A DNA stretch of 64,000 nucleotides, taken from the NCBI GenBank assembly GCA_000002435.2, contig CM018792.1; one strand, given 5' to 3'. This document shows positions 50,029 through 61,917 of this stretch, in pieces. Source of the stretch: Giardia intestinalis. Taxonomy: Eukaryota. Within the stretch, counting starts at the first letter, position 1. Every line of letters begins with the position of its first letter. The notes beneath the pieces are model-generated. The model was not told where the DNA came from. It did not search any database and saw only the letters and a list, made by a program, of their open reading frames with translations. The position numbers were made by a program, and so were the translations under genes.

Positions 50029-52724
50029 GGCGCAGCGGACAGATTTCCGCGCTGGACTCGGACGCGCCGCCGTCTCTTGAAGAGTGTAAGGAGGTGACTA
50101 GCAAAACGTCGTCCTTTGAAGGCCGCCAAGAGACATGCGCAGGTCACGCAACAGCCCTAAACAACGTGGAAGAGGTGAAAAGTGCCGACTCGTTTAGGCC
50201 AGACCTTGCAGAGGTAAAAGTAGCCTCCTGTAGTGCTGTGTGTAACGAGAAGTCTTCTCGGGAAATAGAAAGACAGTCTAAGTCTAACGGATCCGAGAGG
50301 GAGGTGGGGCTCGGTGCTTCTCAGAATCAGCTTGGTGGCTTGCCCATTCCTGAAGCCGCTGGCGTCTCTATGGGCTCAAGTATATCCCTCCACATGCCGA
50401 ATGAGCCGGCTCGCCCAGCAAACTTCTCTCTTAGTAGGGTTACTAGCGATTGCACTGTTAGTGACTCTTCCAGCTTCCGCCCGCCTCCACTCTCTATTGT
50501 CATTCCTTCAACGAAATTTCCGGAAAACTTTGGGAATATTTGCTTCACTCTTGGACGAACTAAGCAAGACGAAGCTAGTGAGATAAGCTCGGCTATCCCG
50601 TTCCGAACTTCCGTACCAAAACTTGTTCCTCCGTACCAATTACAGGGGGCGCCCCGAATTACATCAAGTAAGGATCGTCGGTATAGGATGCACGTGAGCT
50701 CTGCGCGTCGAACAACTAATGCTCAAGACCCTTCTTGTTTGCAGGAACAGTCTGTAAAGTTTCCACTAAATACATCAGAGTCGATCTCGACAAAACGATC
50801 AATTCCGTTATGCCCAGATGTACAGCCCGCGCCCGTCATTGTGTCTCCAAACCGACTGACGACCCTGCAAAATGCAACATCAGTGTCATTGCCGTTGAAA
50901 AAGGTGCCATATACTCAGCTCCCCCTAATCACGCAGATAGCAAGCTTGCCCTTCCCTGTAACAAACTCTGCCAAGTCAGAGTCTACTCGGCCAAAAGCTA
51001 CCCGGGTTTTCCCTATCATCACCGGAAAAATGCCCGACATAATGCCCATTACTACGTCGTCTACTCAGTCCAGGGCAACACTTCCTGCTGCGCAAAAACA
51101 GGAACCAGTTAGCAAGAAGAAGGACAGTGACCACAGTCAACTGGACTACAACTCAATGGAGAGCGACGAAGAGTCTTACTATTACTATTCGGATTCCTCG
51201 TCGGAAGACCCCGGCGATGTCCATTCGGCGCATGCTTCCTCGACCACAGTGATTGACTTGGATGTAAAGAATGAAAGCCACCTGACAGAAGATTCTACGA
51301 TTTACAAGGATACTCAGATACCGAAGCACGTTCCGCTTAGCAACATGAGGAACGACAGGCAAAACACTTCTATAACCCCCATTTATATACCGCCAACTCT
51401 CCCTCTGACAGGGGATTCAGTAGCTTCACCACCAGTCTATAGCGACAGAGCACCTCATTCAACAGATTTTCAGCGTCTGCGTCCGGCCCCTCTCCTCCCA
51501 CAGACACCCTCCAGCGATAGCAACATAAGCCTGGTCACGCTTCCGCTGGGGCAGGAAAGCAAAGATCCCTACTCGCTGAGCAGAACATCTCTATCACAAA
51601 ATAGTGCCACGACTACCAATGAATTCAGAGTTAGTGCAAAGACGCCAAGGACATGTGACGCGGACAATCCTTCATCTCAGCAGAGTGTGCGACATGCGCT
51701 GTCTAACTCTTCCATACTACGCAATTCCAACTTTCAGTCCATCTTACGGCAAAACAAAAGCGTCGACTTCGACGGGAAGCACCTGAGTAAGCTTGGCCAC
51801 ACAGTTGTTACGGCTGACTGCCTTGAAAGCCGACATGTCAGGCTATCGCAGGTCGAGACTCAGCATTCCACTTCATCGATGAGTGAGGATGATGCTAATG
51901 TTACCTCTGGTGAGTTATTTTCGGAGAGCAGGTACACTAGCAAGCAGAACATGGCCAGTGCAGGTGTTGAAGCGGTCGAGAAACGAGCTAAAGGGCAACC
52001 AGCGACTTCCACAAAGGACCGGGTTTCCTTTTCCGGCCGGGACACCATTGTTGAGTTTCCTCACACAGAAGGGGAGAGCCATTCTATCATCATCTGTCAA
52101 AACGATAGCTCAGCTAATCTTGCGTGTACACGTCTGAGTGGCAGCTCTATTGCAGGCGAGCTTGGTGCCTCACTCAAGCAAGGTCACCTTTCTGCTTCGG
52201 CGAGGGATGTAGTTTCCTGCTCAACTCAAGAAGAAATCGTCCCGACAGTCAAGAATTCACTAACTTCTAATAGGTCTCAAGGGGGAAACATCCTACCTAA
52301 TAACGGGAGTAAGCTTCAAGGCAATATGTCTCAGAACAAACTTGAGTTGTCAGCAAGGCATCAATCAGTTGGCGATGTTTCTTTACCTGCTCGGAAAAAC
52401 ACTGCCGCCTGCGGAAGAGAGGAAAGGCAGCTTGGGGATTTACATGCAGCAAATGCTTTCAAGCCTAAGAGCCGAGCGCAGTCGAAGGCGCCGCACCTCG
52501 CGTCTAGGCATGAAACATCAGCAAACAATGTCGAAATGGCCGACTTCTTAGGGTTAGAGTTTGTGGCAGGCGAGGATACACAGTATGCTAACAAGGCCCT
52601 ACGCTCTAACCGTTCATTTGTCAGGGCGCTGGAAATGGTTCCGCAGAGCAATCGGCACTCACAGAGCACAACGGATTGTTACTCCGGTGAGATAACCGTG
52701 ACCGCACCCTCTGAGATAAAGTGA
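50029..52724 (+). pseudogene. Duplicated 3' fragment (last ~887 codons) of the MAST/Greatwall-like kinase gene without its own ATG. The ORF-track start at 50094 is GTG. It lies in frame with, and 11 codons downstream of, the LRR gene's TAG.
   Basis: The translation is identical to the C-terminal 876 aa of the 2670-aa protein. The upstream in-frame sequence diverges at 50029. The first in-frame ATG is ~95 codons in. No AT-rich initiator. Confidence 0.6.
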
Positions 52725-52748
52725 ATTATTAGTCTATGCAAACAAAAA

Positions 52749-53738
52749 ATGTCTGATTGCATCAGGATCGCGGTTAGGTCCACAGTGAAGGAATTCGAGC
52801 CAAGGACATTCGAGTTTTTTCCAGATAGCACCGTCGGCGATCTGCGGAAGAAGGTTGCTGAGGCCATCTCCGCAGAGGCGCCCACCATCCGTCTCATTCT
52901 CAACGCATCTATCTTGAATGATGACGGTATTCTACTGTCGAAGGTTCCAAATATCACTCAGGATACCGTAGTATTCACTCAGGCTAAACCTCGCGGAAGG
53001 ATCCTTGAAGCGCCTCCCAGCAGTTCTGCCGCAGGGGTCGCGCAGGCCCGGCAAATTGAATCGGCTGCTTCGCGAGATCCTCATGCTGAGGTGCAAGACT
53101 CCTCGTCCGGATCCAATTCAGATGCCTTAGAACTAGACCCAGTTAGCAACAACTCGGACCTCGTCGCACAGCTAGTAGAGACCTTTTCCTGTAGGCCACG
53201 GCTGGCGCAGATATCGCTCGAGCTGGCTAATAACAACATGGATCTGGCAGCTGCCATCATCGCCGAAGATCCGACAGAAGAGGATCTCGAGGACACCCTC
53301 CGGCACATGGGCGCGGCCAGACACAGCCACAGACCACACATGTACAGCACCGAGGAGCTAGAGCAGATACTCCAGACACCGAACTTCTTGGAGATGTTTA
53401 CAACCCAGATATCCGACTGGAGCCCCAATCTGGTGCTGAGATTCAACGAGGATCGCGACTTGCTCCTTGAGGTGCTCCACCTCTACCTGAACATGATCGA
53501 GGCAGGGATGGCCGGGAGAGGGATCCTTATTCCAAGGGAAAGGGCGCCGCCGCAGCCTGCAGAGCAGCCCCCTCCGCTGACCGCGGACGACGAGGACAAC
53601 ATCGCCACGATCATCGGGATCTGTGGTGGCGACCTGAACTACAACCGGGTGAGGGAGGCATATGTCAGGCTCGGGCGCGACATGAACGCGGTGGTTTCTG
53701 TGATCATGGACCAGCGAGAGTACTTTGAGAGGGAGTGA
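52749..53738 (+). CDS. RAD23-like Ubl/UBA protein, copy B (identical to 40380-41369)
   Basis: 329-aa translation identical to copy A. ATG at 52749 preceded by aacaaaaaATG. Confidence 0.55.
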   Translation: MSDCIRIAVRSTVKEFEPRTFEFFPDSTVGDLRKKVAEAISAEAPTIRLILNASILNDDGILLSKVPNITQDTVVFTQAKPRGRILEAPPSSSAAGVAQARQIESAASRDPHAEVQDSSSGSNSDALELDPVSNNSDLVAQLVETFSCRPRLAQISLELANNNMDLAAAIIAEDPTEEDLEDTLRHMGAARHSHRPHMYSTEELEQILQTPNFLEMFTTQISDWSPNLVLRFNEDRDLLLEVLHLYLNMIEAGMAGRGILIPRERAPPQPAEQPPPLTADDEDNIATIIGICGGDLNYNRVREAYVRLGRDMNAVVSVIMDQREYFERE

Positions 53739-53756
53739 ACGACTGCTTAAAAATAG

Positions 53757-54638
53757 ATGACGACAAGGCTGGCCGCCAAGAGGCTCGTCGTCGAGTACCT
53801 CCTCTACCTCAGGGCTGCGCAAGCCGTTGAGGACACCGACAACCTGGACGTCGCCATCGATTGCCTCCGGGACTGCTTCGGACTCAAGGACGTCAGGCAC
53901 GGCAACGGCGACCTGGAGCAGATCCTGAGCGGGGCGAAGGCGCCGGCGGTCTCCAGCACAAGCTCCAGCGAGCTCAAGGCGCAGGGCAACGCCGCCTTCA
54001 AGGCGGAGGACTTCCAGGAGGCGATCCGGCTCTTCACCCAGGCGATCGAGGTCTCGGCCGCGAACAACGAGCCCCCAGACCAGCGCGCCGTCTACTTCGC
54101 CAACCGGGCCGCCGCGCGCCTGGGCCTGAAGGCCGAGGAGGAGACCGCTCTTGCTGCCAAGGACTGCGAGGAGAGTGTGCGCCTTTGTCCAAGCTACCAC
54201 AAGGCGTGGTTCCGCCTCGGGAATATCCGTGAGAGTGCTGGTAATAAGCCTGAGGCGTACAGGGCGTACAGCCAGGCCCTGACGGCAGACCCTAGCAATC
54301 CGAAGTATCGCGAAGCCCGTGATCGTGTCAGCGAGGGCCGTCCTGAACAAGCCACCCCTGACCTCTCAGCACTTGCCAATAACCCTCTCTTTTCGCAGCT
54401 TCGGGATGATCCTGAAATTATCGCCTTGATGCAAAACCCCAAGGTGGCTGACCTTTTATCTAAAGTTAACTCGAATCCAATGGCCATTATGGGCGCCATG
54501 TCAGACCCGGAACTAGCCCCTATTTTCCAGCGCCTCGTCCAAAAGCTTGGGCCACAGCTTTCTAGCATGCTCGGTGGACTTGGTGGACTTTTCGGAGGAG
54601 GCGGAGCGAACTCTCCACCCTCGGGTATGTACTCGTGA
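53757..54638 (+). CDS. SGT: SGT homolog (small glutamine-rich TPR-containing protein; Sgt2/SGTA-like co-chaperone). This is the intact copy.
   Basis: The N-terminal dimerisation motif LDVAIDCLRDCFGL corresponds to SGTA LEVAIQCLETAFGV. Three TPRs follow (AEDFQEAIRLFTQAIE..., AVYFANRAAARLGL..., KAWFRLGNIRESAG...). The C-terminus has Met/Gln-rich STI1-like segments (MQNPKVADLLSKVNSNPMAIMGAMSDPELAPIFQ). aaaaatagATG initiator. Confidence 0.8.
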   Translation: MTTRLAAKRLVVEYLLYLRAAQAVEDTDNLDVAIDCLRDCFGLKDVRHGNGDLEQILSGAKAPAVSSTSSSELKAQGNAAFKAEDFQEAIRLFTQAIEVSAANNEPPDQRAVYFANRAAARLGLKAEEETALAAKDCEESVRLCPSYHKAWFRLGNIRESAGNKPEAYRAYSQALTADPSNPKYREARDRVSEGRPEQATPDLSALANNPLFSQLRDDPEIIALMQNPKVADLLSKVNSNPMAIMGAMSDPELAPIFQRLVQKLGPQLSSMLGGLGGLFGGGGANSPPSGMYS

Positions 54639-54725
54639 CAAGTGAATGTGGTTCACTCCTTGTTTTCTGCCTAAACAATTCGGTACGAGCTGCCTTCAAG
54701 CGGCCGTTTGAGCACATAAAATTGG

Positions 54726-55001
54726 CTATAAAGATTGGTACTCACTATCCTGCAGTAGATTATAAAGCTCTGGGATGCTGACATCCTTACAGCTACGAGA
54801 GGGGTAAACCGGAATTGCCCACGAGCGTGTCACCTCCTGATTTTCAACGGCGCAAGAGTAATCGCTCGGTTTTAGAAAGCGATACACCTGTCCGTTAATA
54901 ACGATGTCGTCATCCCTTGGTGTTCCCCGAATCTGTACCAACATGTCCGGCTTTGGGGCAGAAGCCTCCTTTTTGGTCTGCTGGATAATGAATGGCGGCA
55001 T
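54726..55001 (-). CDS. Small hypothetical protein (91 aa)
   Basis: True ATG with tataaaaacaaATG initiator on the minus strand. No domain recognised. Confidence 0.4.
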   Translation of the reverse strand: MPPFIIQQTKKEASAPKPDMLVQIRGTPRDDDIVINGQVYRFLKPSDYSCAVENQEVTRSWAIPVYPSRSCKDVSIPELYNLLQDSEYQSL

Positions 55002-55042
55002 TTGTTTTTATACATCTTCCATCTCTAATGAAACTCCGCAGT

Positions 55043-55297
55043 TTACTTCTGCTCCGCCGCACGGGCCTGTCTTGCCTTGGGGGTGTAGAGAAGAAGGTCA
55101 TCAATCAGGTCAACATGCGTGAGGAGCATACGCCGACAGCAATAGCGAGTAAGGCCGAGTTCATCCAGCGCCCGCTTAGCAGGAGTCTCTGAGCTTCCAC
55201 TTTCTTCTGCTCCGTATTCTCCTAAAAGCTTAAGGTATTTCTCGTATAGACTTCCAATGACCTTCCCGCAGGTGAAGCACCGAACAGGGATGATCAT
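55043..55297 (-). CDS. RPB10: DNA-directed RNA polymerases I/II/III subunit RPABC5 (RPB10). The start is the internal Met at 55297, not the ORF-track start at 55411.
   Basis: [25 protein letters not shown]...[20 protein letters not shown] matches RPB10 ([18 protein letters not shown]...[20 protein letters not shown]) including the CX2C...CC zinc motif. caccaaaaaataATG initiator. Confidence 0.85.
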   Translation of the reverse strand: MIIPVRCFTCGKVIGSLYEKYLKLLGEYGAEESGSSETPAKRALDELGLTRYCCRRMLLTHVDLIDDLLLYTPKARQARAAEQK

Positions 55298-55316
55298 TAT
55301 TTTTTGGTGCATAGGA

Positions 55317-58300
55317 ATGGCCCTCCCTGACACAGCTCCCTTGACTCTCTCTAGGCAGGTTGCCAGCCGCCTGAGCCATGTATACGGCGGGGATATCCGT
55401 GCTCGATGCATAGAGCATACCCTTCACCAGAACTGCATAAGGATCTGTGAAATGGCGCTCAATCTACGCAAGGACTTTCAACGAGAGCGACAATCGGACC
55501 CACCTCTGCCTGAATTCTACGCAGCTGCCATCAATAACATAGAGCCAATTGCTTATTACTATATGCTCCCTTGTAATATTTTACCGTGCCTCCCTGTTTC
55601 TAGCATTAAGAAGCGCTTTCTCTTCAGGACCCTTTTCGATATCCATCACTTTCCCGGACTCTATCATGTGACGGAGCTTCTTGAGACAGGCGTTTTTGAT
55701 GACTATTCAGAGGACGAGCACGATGAGCTGAACAAGAACTTCGGGCGGAGCATCCCAAATACTAATGGCCCTGCAATGCCACGTGCAAAGAAACGCTTGA
55801 GTACCCATGTCCTCCATGAAATCGCAGATATACGTTTGAAGGGCGTGGGAACTATGTCGGCCAACGGAGGACCCAAATGCACTGGCCAATTCGACAAGTT
55901 AGCTCAGGTACGAGCAAAAGATCATCTTATGAAGCAACTCAATACGATTGCTGTAACCACGGCGATGATTGAAGACGTTGACCGCACTGAGGGTTCTTCC
56001 GGCAACACTGCTTGTGATTCTAAAATACCAAGCACACTTAAGGACTCAGCCGAGGACACTCCCCTTCTCACAATAGACCATAAGCAGGAGTCAATTCGCC
56101 TCCTTGAGAACATGCTTCCATGCAGCGTGTTTGACTCTGTCGCTCAATTCATTCGAAGAAAGGATTTCACACCTCCCCTGACACGTGAAAAGTGGGTTGA
56201 TTATTCAACGAACTTCTTGAAAAAACGTTCGTGGGGAGAGATACGAACCATATCCTATGAGCAGGCCTTTTTGATATGCAACATTCTTGAGGTTGATGCG
56301 TCTCCAGACTTTCCCGATTTATCCATACTTACCAAACTGATCTGCGAAGAGCTAACGGAGAAAGGTATCGAAGTCATTCCCGAGTACGAACCGATTTTTC
56401 ATGAGATTGTCCGGGTAAAATTGCAGAATATCCTCCAAGATAATTCTGCACGCGTGATCACTGTTCTAGACACATTCACTCCTGATGATCTACAAAGCCT
56501 AATGATTGTGACCAAGGGGCACCGAAACATCACGGAGCAGCTTTCTACATCAGGAGCTAAGTTACTATTCTCCAGATGGCAAAGGCTTACAACAACCGAC
56601 TACATTATACGGTCTTCTGAGCCCACGCCTGAATCCATCCTTTATTCCCTCACAGAAACTAATTCTCTCGGAGTTTCTCGGAAAAGGGAAAAAGACGTCG
56701 CCGAAAACACTATGCTGGTAGCCATGCAACACTTTATTGAGGGTGTGTTACCTGATTGTCACCAGCTGATAAAAGACGCTATTTGTGACTTTTTGGATGC
56801 GAATACTACAAATAGCTGCTTTGTAGCCGATATCCTAGAGAATTTGACAAACAGGACTAAGGCCACAGAAAACCACAGCCAGATCACTCTTTCAGAATTG
56901 TCTCTTCCATCGTTAGACATCCTCGGCAAGGAGTATCACTTTAGCTCTAATGTTAGCGCTCAGCCAACTACTTGTCTTCTGGAAGAGAATAAGATAGCAA
57001 TTTCTGAAATGTTAACTATGCTTGGTAAGAAGGTCTGGATGCATAGAGTTTGCGATATGTATGCTCTCGTCACTAAGCTAGCTCCCTTCCTTCACCGCAC
57101 AGAAACGTCTGGAATCAGGGTAGTGCCACTTTCGTTGACATCTTATTTTGTCGATTATTTGAGTGCGCGTGCAAGCTACCTTGTATCCACAGAGGATGTT
57201 GTGAAGAAGGACCCTCTTTGTCGTTTCACAGACGGATGGACTAAATACGCACAACAGTCGTGCAATAACCTTTGGTATTGTCCGTTTCCCATTGATGATA
57301 GAATTGTTTCTCACTATACGCAACTCTTTCATACCATAATCGCATTTGCGATCACGCTTACTATCACTGAGCCACGAGTAGCTCCCAGAGAACTTGCTTA
57401 CGAACTTGGATATGTCGCCTTATTTGGCCTGGAACGATCTTCTGTGACTGCTCATGTTGTCACTGGCTGTAAGTATCTTTATGCTACAGCCGTCAACTGT
57501 TTGAACCACACCGCTGGAAACATCATATCAGACTACTTTCAACTGCCAAACATGACGTTTGTATCCGGATACTTAGCTAGAAGATGTTTATTATACATGC
57601 AATACTACTCAGCAGCAAAGAAGGACAAGATGTCCTCTAAGTCTGATAACCCTCTATCAGAGTCTAAATATGATGAGCATATAACTAAGTTTGGATCTCA
57701 ACTAGCACCCGACAGATCCCACTCGGTGCAAGAGCACTCTACGAGTCAAACGGAAACCAAGTGTCTAGTTTTTGCAAGAGGAAGGAAAGGTCCTTTGGGT
57801 GATCGTCTCTTTTCTGAGAGGAACATAATCCGTGATACTTCCACTCCAGGTAGAAGCTTTACGGTAAATGCCAGAGGATCTAAGTATGGATCCAAAACTC
57901 AACTGGCGCGACAGAAGATGTCGCTCCCTCCTAAGTCTTTGCGATGTGATTATTCAAATCGGTCTATATCTTCGCGGAAGAGTACTTGTCATTTCACACT
58001 AGCACCCAAGCAAGAATTAGATTCCGCGACTCCGTTTTCAACTACAATCAAGACACGACAGACTACTCAAGCAAATGAGAAGTCGTCATGTGATACTGGT
58101 GTGCACTCTTATGAGGATGAAGAGCACCTACTGATAGCGGGCTGTGTTCCAGATTTAGCGCTTTATAATGAGATTTACGAAGACTTTTCGCTGACAGACT
58201 TTCAGACGCGCAGTCTGTTTTCGTCCAAACCTGTCTCTGCTCGGCTCTGTCTCCAGATGCTTCTTATGTCTTCGTGCCTAAACGGCTCGCTCAATGTCGT

Positions 58301-61300
58301 CGATCTTCTAGCAGAGAGCACCATAAACCGGAGAATAGAAAACGAGATAAAGGCCTTACGTGTTTTGACAGGCGTTTGTATTTCTCAGTCCAGACTACTA
58401 TACGATAATATAACGTCATACGGGTTTCAATATATCTCTGATCTGGTAAAACCGCCGGGCACACGGATTTACCTACGGGAATGCAAGAGCGAAAACCACA
58501 TCATCGATGCAGAAATTCGGCTCATCAGATTGTTGATAGCGTGCAGGATCCCGTACGCATATTCTCCGTCGGTCGTTATGGCGGCTGGTCAGCTTGTGTT
58601 TATGGATATAAGTGGGACCCGCCTTTTGAACTCAATAGCGACGATGAACGAAAGAATAGTTGGTCTAAGTACTACAGAACGTTCTGTAGCGATGCAACCT
58701 CCTTGTTTCTTGCGGGGAGAGCTTCCTTACTCAACGTCTGGAGGTGGAATAATGGTAACTGCTGGCCTAGTTGAGAAGAAGAAAATCCTAGAAATGTGTG
58801 TAGAGGATGAGACCTTCTACATCAAGTCTCTCCTCATAAACAAAACCGACATGCCATCCCAGACCATTCCTCGAGCTCTCTTCCCAAGTTGGCCCACTAT
58901 GAACCTCTATCTTCCTTCCCATAATATTCCTTCAGCAAGTCTGGCCCACACTAAGATACAGGAGCAAATACTCAGGGACCGCCAATGCTATGGTTCTGAC
59001 TTAAGGGTGAATGAAGCAATGTTTTCGCTATTTACAGAGCCCATGTTTCTCAACAAGCACATAGACGCGGAAAATGCGGAGCTTTACTATCGTATTCGGA
59101 GGGTCCTTTCATCTGCCTGCAACATATGCGATGTCGTTTCCTTGGATTGGCGACTAACTTCTCTGTTGTACAGCCTTTCATTCTCTGGGGAAGAGTTTCT
59201 CAGCGGCCCCTCTCAGATCGCAGATCTTACGTTCAAACTCGATCCAGCGTCACAGCTAGTTACTCTGAGTATTCGCGTCGGTCTTTACATGCAGTTACAA
59301 GTAGAAACCGAGGCTATTTCTAATTGCATAACCATTGGAATGCTGATGGCGGTGTTGCAGAGCTCCCTTGAGAATACTGGCAGCTCCAAAGACATAACTA
59401 TTTACTTCACCCCTTTGCTAGTGGACTATATTTTAACTGCAATCATGTCCCAGCATTTTTCGGAAGATAAGAAGCTGACTCAGCGTGATGTCATCAACAT
59501 GATCGGTCTAACGGATCCCAACAATCTACAAGTGGCGTCCTTGTTGCCCTCACACGATAACAACTCGTATAGAACAAAGCTGTCAAGCAACATCGGGCAC
59601 AGAATCCTTACTCAGCAAGCAGAAGAAATAGCCGAGCTTTTCTTGTTCCAGTGTCCCGAGCATTACGGCCACCCGGGTGCCAACTGTGTCGCAGACTTTC
59701 TTAATTTGACAGCCCAAGCCCAGAGTGGAATAGCAGCAATACACGAGTCAGCGGCTCTGAGCAATTTGACAGAAACTCTCATGCCAACCCTTTTCTACAC
59801 GATGCTTTTCCCCGCTAGGCGATTCCTCCACAGCTATTTCGACAGCTGTGCCATGAACTACATGATGGCCGAGGAAAAGCTCGTCATTTTCGAGGATGGT
59901 TTTGTAGATGCTTTGCGCACAGGATACGTAACCGGCGTCAATCCCCACCGAAGTGGATCTGCTCTTCGCATTCATACAAATGTGGATGAGGACCACTTTC
60001 GGTGGCACAGCTCCCTCTTACACATCGGGCTTATTAGACTGAGAAAATACTTACTGGATCAGCTCTTTAGGAAAGAGTATCAGCTTAACTATGCAATGAC
60101 ACTTAAGTCTCACGCGATGATTGAACAAGCAAGCAGATACACATGCCTAATTATCAAGAACTCTATCACAGCTAGCTTTCTTCCAGAGCAGTTGAAGGAG
60201 TTTATACGGACCGTGATAAACGACATTTCCATCTACGGCAAGATCCTTTGTGAGCTGGCCAGCTTCAATCCACTGACGTCGAGCACTGTTATATCGCGCG
60301 CCTATGCAGAGTTTAACGGCATATACTATATGAGAGGGACCCATCTGGTGAACATCTTGGGGAAGATATTCTCATTATGCGATTGCACTCTAGAAAAGCC
60401 CAACCTCCGTGAGAAAATGCTTCATATCGTTCGAATAGGCTGTGAGAATAAGCACGAAAATGTGAACAAATATGAAGAAAACCCAAAGAGGACGGTCAGC
60501 CATATCACATCCACACCTCGGGGCCTAGTCCAGCTTCCTAAAGCTATCATACGGTACCTGTACAGATGTATGCAAAAGAGAGTCGAGCGCACGCTGTTTC
60601 CGCCTAAACACCCCATTAGAAACTATTTCGAACTAGGTCAGAAAACAGAGGCAACTCCTCTGATGCCCATAGTGTTGGGTGGCCTTCCACCATTTGAAGT
60701 TGTGGAACTGGCTGAGGGCTTAGTCTTTTCCAATGAGAGGTCACTCATGATCTCCAGCAACAAAATAATATTGGCCGACATCCTCAATAGGGCGATCATC
60801 CTTAGAACATCTATTGATGTTTTTGGTCAGTATAATGTAGGCACCATTTACCGTCGCTTCATTAAGCTCTATAGGCTCTGGAAACAATACGCAACATATC
60901 AGACTGTTGAGCTAGGGACTAGCGCGACTTCTAGCGGGATTCAAGAGCTAGGGTCGTCGCACACACTCATCAACGGTCTTATTCCCCTCGCTGAAGTACT
61001 CAAAGCATATGACACGGTAAACGATACTGCCCATCAGGAAAAATTTAAGTGCAATCTGGAGAACCTTCTTCAGGAGGCGGCAAGTACATCCGAGTCCGGG
61101 GTGCTTGTATCTCAAAGCCCTGAAGCAGCTATTTCAGATAACATTTTCGATAACGCATTTTTGGAATCCATAAAGGAACAGCTTAACAACTCGGTGGTGA
61201 CCAAGTTACATTCCTTAGTCATAACAGAAGACGATGGCAATTGCCAAAACAGAGCGCATCAACTAGAGATGCTGAGTCGCAGATATTGGATCCAGCAGAC

Positions 61301-61448
61301 AACTAATACGTCCGCCAATGTTCCCTTAGACACATTTCTTCACTTTGTAGCACGAAACTCCGCCTTGGCTCGCCATAACGGTAAGATTCTGGGGATGACA
61401 GGCCTAATATATAATGTCATCGAAGATGTTCTTGACTATGACGTCTAA
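55317..61448 (+). CDS. Very large hypothetical protein (~2043 aa). The start is placed at the first ATG downstream of the divergent RPB10 start. The ORF-track start at 55257 would overlap RPB10 antisense.
   Basis: Continuous 6.1-kb ORF with protein-like composition. No recognisable domain. Only 19 bp between its ATG (55317) and the RPB10 ATG (55297). Confidence 0.55.
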   Translation: MALPDTAPLTLSRQVASRLSHVYGGDIRARCIEHTLHQNCIRICEMALNLRKDFQRERQSDPPLPEFYAAAINNIEPIAYYYMLPCNILPCLPVSSIKKRFLFRTLFDIHHFPGLYHVTELLETGVFDDYSEDEHDELNKNFGRSIPNTNGPAMPRAKKRLSTHVLHEIADIRLKGVGTMSANGGPKCTGQFDKLAQVRAKDHLMKQLNTIAVTTAMIEDVDRTEGSSGNTACDSKIPSTLKDSAEDTPLLTIDHKQESIRLLENMLPCSVFDSVAQFIRRKDFTPPLTREKWVDYSTNFLKKRSWGEIRTISYEQAFLICNILEVDASPDFPDLSILTKLICEELTEKGIEVIPEYEPIFHEIVRVKLQNILQDNSARVITVLDTFTPDDLQSLMIVTKGHRNITEQLSTSGAKLLFSRWQRLTTTDYIIRSSEPTPESILYSLTETNSLGVSRKREKDVAENTMLVAMQHFIEGVLPDCHQLIKDAICDFLDANTTNSCFVADILENLTNRTKATENHSQITLSELSLPSLDILGKEYHFSSNVSAQPTTCLLEENKIAISEMLTMLGKKVWMHRVCDMYALVTKLAPFLHRTETSGIRVVPLSLTSYFVDYLSARASYLVSTEDVVKKDPLCRFTDGWTKYAQQSCNNLWYCPFPIDDRIVSHYTQLFHTIIAFAITLTITEPRVAPRELAYELGYVALFGLERSSVTAHVVTGCKYLYATAVNCLNHTAGNIISDYFQLPNMTFVSGYLARRCLLYMQYYSAAKKDKMSSKSDNPLSESKYDEHITKFGSQLAPDRSHSVQEHSTSQTETKCLVFARGRKGPLGDRLFSERNIIRDTSTPGRSFTVNARGSKYGSKTQLARQKMSLPPKSLRCDYSNRSISSRKSTCHFTLAPKQELDSATPFSTTIKTRQTTQANEKSSCDTGVHSYEDEEHLLIAGCVPDLALYNEIYEDFSLTDFQTRSLFSSKPVSARLCLQMLLMSSCLNGSLNVVDLLAESTINRRIENEIKALRVLTGVCISQSRLLYDNITSYGFQYISDLVKPPGTRIYLRECKSENHIIDAEIRLIRLLIACRIPYAYSPSVVMAAGQLVFMDISGTRLLNSIATMNERIVGLSTTERSVAMQPPCFLRGELPYSTSGGGIMVTAGLVEKKKILEMCVEDETFYIKSLLINKTDMPSQTIPRALFPSWPTMNLYLPSHNIPSASLAHTKIQEQILRDRQCYGSDLRVNEAMFSLFTEPMFLNKHIDAENAELYYRIRRVLSSACNICDVVSLDWRLTSLLYSLSFSGEEFLSGPSQIADLTFKLDPASQLVTLSIRVGLYMQLQVETEAISNCITIGMLMAVLQSSLENTGSSKDITIYFTPLLVDYILTAIMSQHFSEDKKLTQRDVINMIGLTDPNNLQVASLLPSHDNNSYRTKLSSNIGHRILTQQAEEIAELFLFQCPEHYGHPGANCVADFLNLTAQAQSGIAAIHESAALSNLTETLMPTLFYTMLFPARRFLHSYFDSCAMNYMMAEEKLVIFEDGFVDALRTGYVTGVNPHRSGSALRIHTNVDEDHFRWHSSLLHIGLIRLRKYLLDQLFRKEYQLNYAMTLKSHAMIEQASRYTCLIIKNSITASFLPEQLKEFIRTVINDISIYGKILCELASFNPLTSSTVISRAYAEFNGIYYMRGTHLVNILGKIFSLCDCTLEKPNLREKMLHIVRIGCENKHENVNKYEENPKRTVSHITSTPRGLVQLPKAIIRYLYRCMQKRVERTLFPPKHPIRNYFELGQKTEATPLMPIVLGGLPPFEVVELAEGLVFSNERSLMISSNKIILADILNRAIILRTSIDVFGQYNVGTIYRRFIKLYRLWKQYATYQTVELGTSATSSGIQELGSSHTLINGLIPLAEVLKAYDTVNDTAHQEKFKCNLENLLQEAASTSESGVLVSQSPEAAISDNIFDNAFLESIKEQLNNSVVTKLHSLVITEDDGNCQNRAHQLEMLSRRYWIQQTTNTSANVPLDTFLHFVARNSALARHNGKILGMTGLIYNVIEDVLDYDV

Positions 61449-61831
61449 GAGGAGGCCGTATCCGCTACCATTCCCCCAACAAGCGGAAGCCCTTTGAGCA
61501 AAAATCCAAAGATGGCCATAAACGGCTTGAACAAAAGCAAAAAGCCCAACATCTGAACCACGCCGCCCACTACAACGTAGCGTGACAAAACAAGAATCAA
61601 CCCGAGCATATATAGTGACGTCGCGATCAAGGATGACCCGCGCAAGAAGAGCTTATAAAACCTGGAAGGACTCAAAAAGATTATGACGCCCGCTGTTGAT
61701 ACCAGGTTACCTAATGCAAGGAAGCCCCGGTCCAGCAGTAACACTAGGCCAAGAGCGCTGAACATAAGCCCGCACCCCAAGAGGACGAGCCCAACAGATC
61801 GGTCCTGGAAGTCCAGGATCCTGTTCAGCAT
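61445..61831 (-). CDS. GOT1: Vesicle transport protein GOT1 (Golgi transport 1) family, 4-TM
   Basis: LLDRGFLALGNLVSTAGVIIFLSPSRFYKLF parallels GOT1 [31 protein letters not shown]. 128 aa with four hydrophobic helices. True ATG. Confidence 0.75.
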   Translation of the reverse strand: MLNRILDFQDRSVGLVLLGCGLMFSALGLVLLLDRGFLALGNLVSTAGVIIFLSPSRFYKLFLRGSSLIATSLYMLGLILVLSRYVVVGGVVQMLGFLLLFKPFMAIFGFLLKGLPLVGGMVADTASS

Positions 61832-61917
61832 CTTCTAGTTTGGTCGCTGTGCAACGCAATTTAAAAACTGCAATTTATCACTCATTCGATTTATTGGCAG
61901 AGGCTCAAGGCCCGATA

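Larger units (their letters stand above)
50029..54157. repeat. Right arm of the 4129-bp inverted duplication, the reverse complement of 39961-44089
   Basis: See the left arm. It contains the duplicated 3' 2.7 kb of the kinase gene, the entire RAD23-like gene and the 5' 411 bp of the SGT gene. Confidence 0.9.

Noticed and set aside
39961-54157. Interpreting the inverted duplication as a foldback/palindromic chimeric-read artefact
   Set aside because: Not rejected outright, but considered less likely. Hairpin chimeras normally give palindromes with no spacer or a very short one. Here a 5.9-kb unique spacer with intact genes lies between the arms, and each outer junction joins cleanly to unique sequence. 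It remains the main alternative and is listed as the refutation test.
53358-54350. 330-aa ORF antisense to RAD23-like/SGT, plus its mirror partners at 40218-40760 and 39958-40257
   Set aside because: Antisense to well-supported genes in GC-rich sequence, with non-protein-like R/G/V/L-rich composition. Present in both arms only because the arms are identical.
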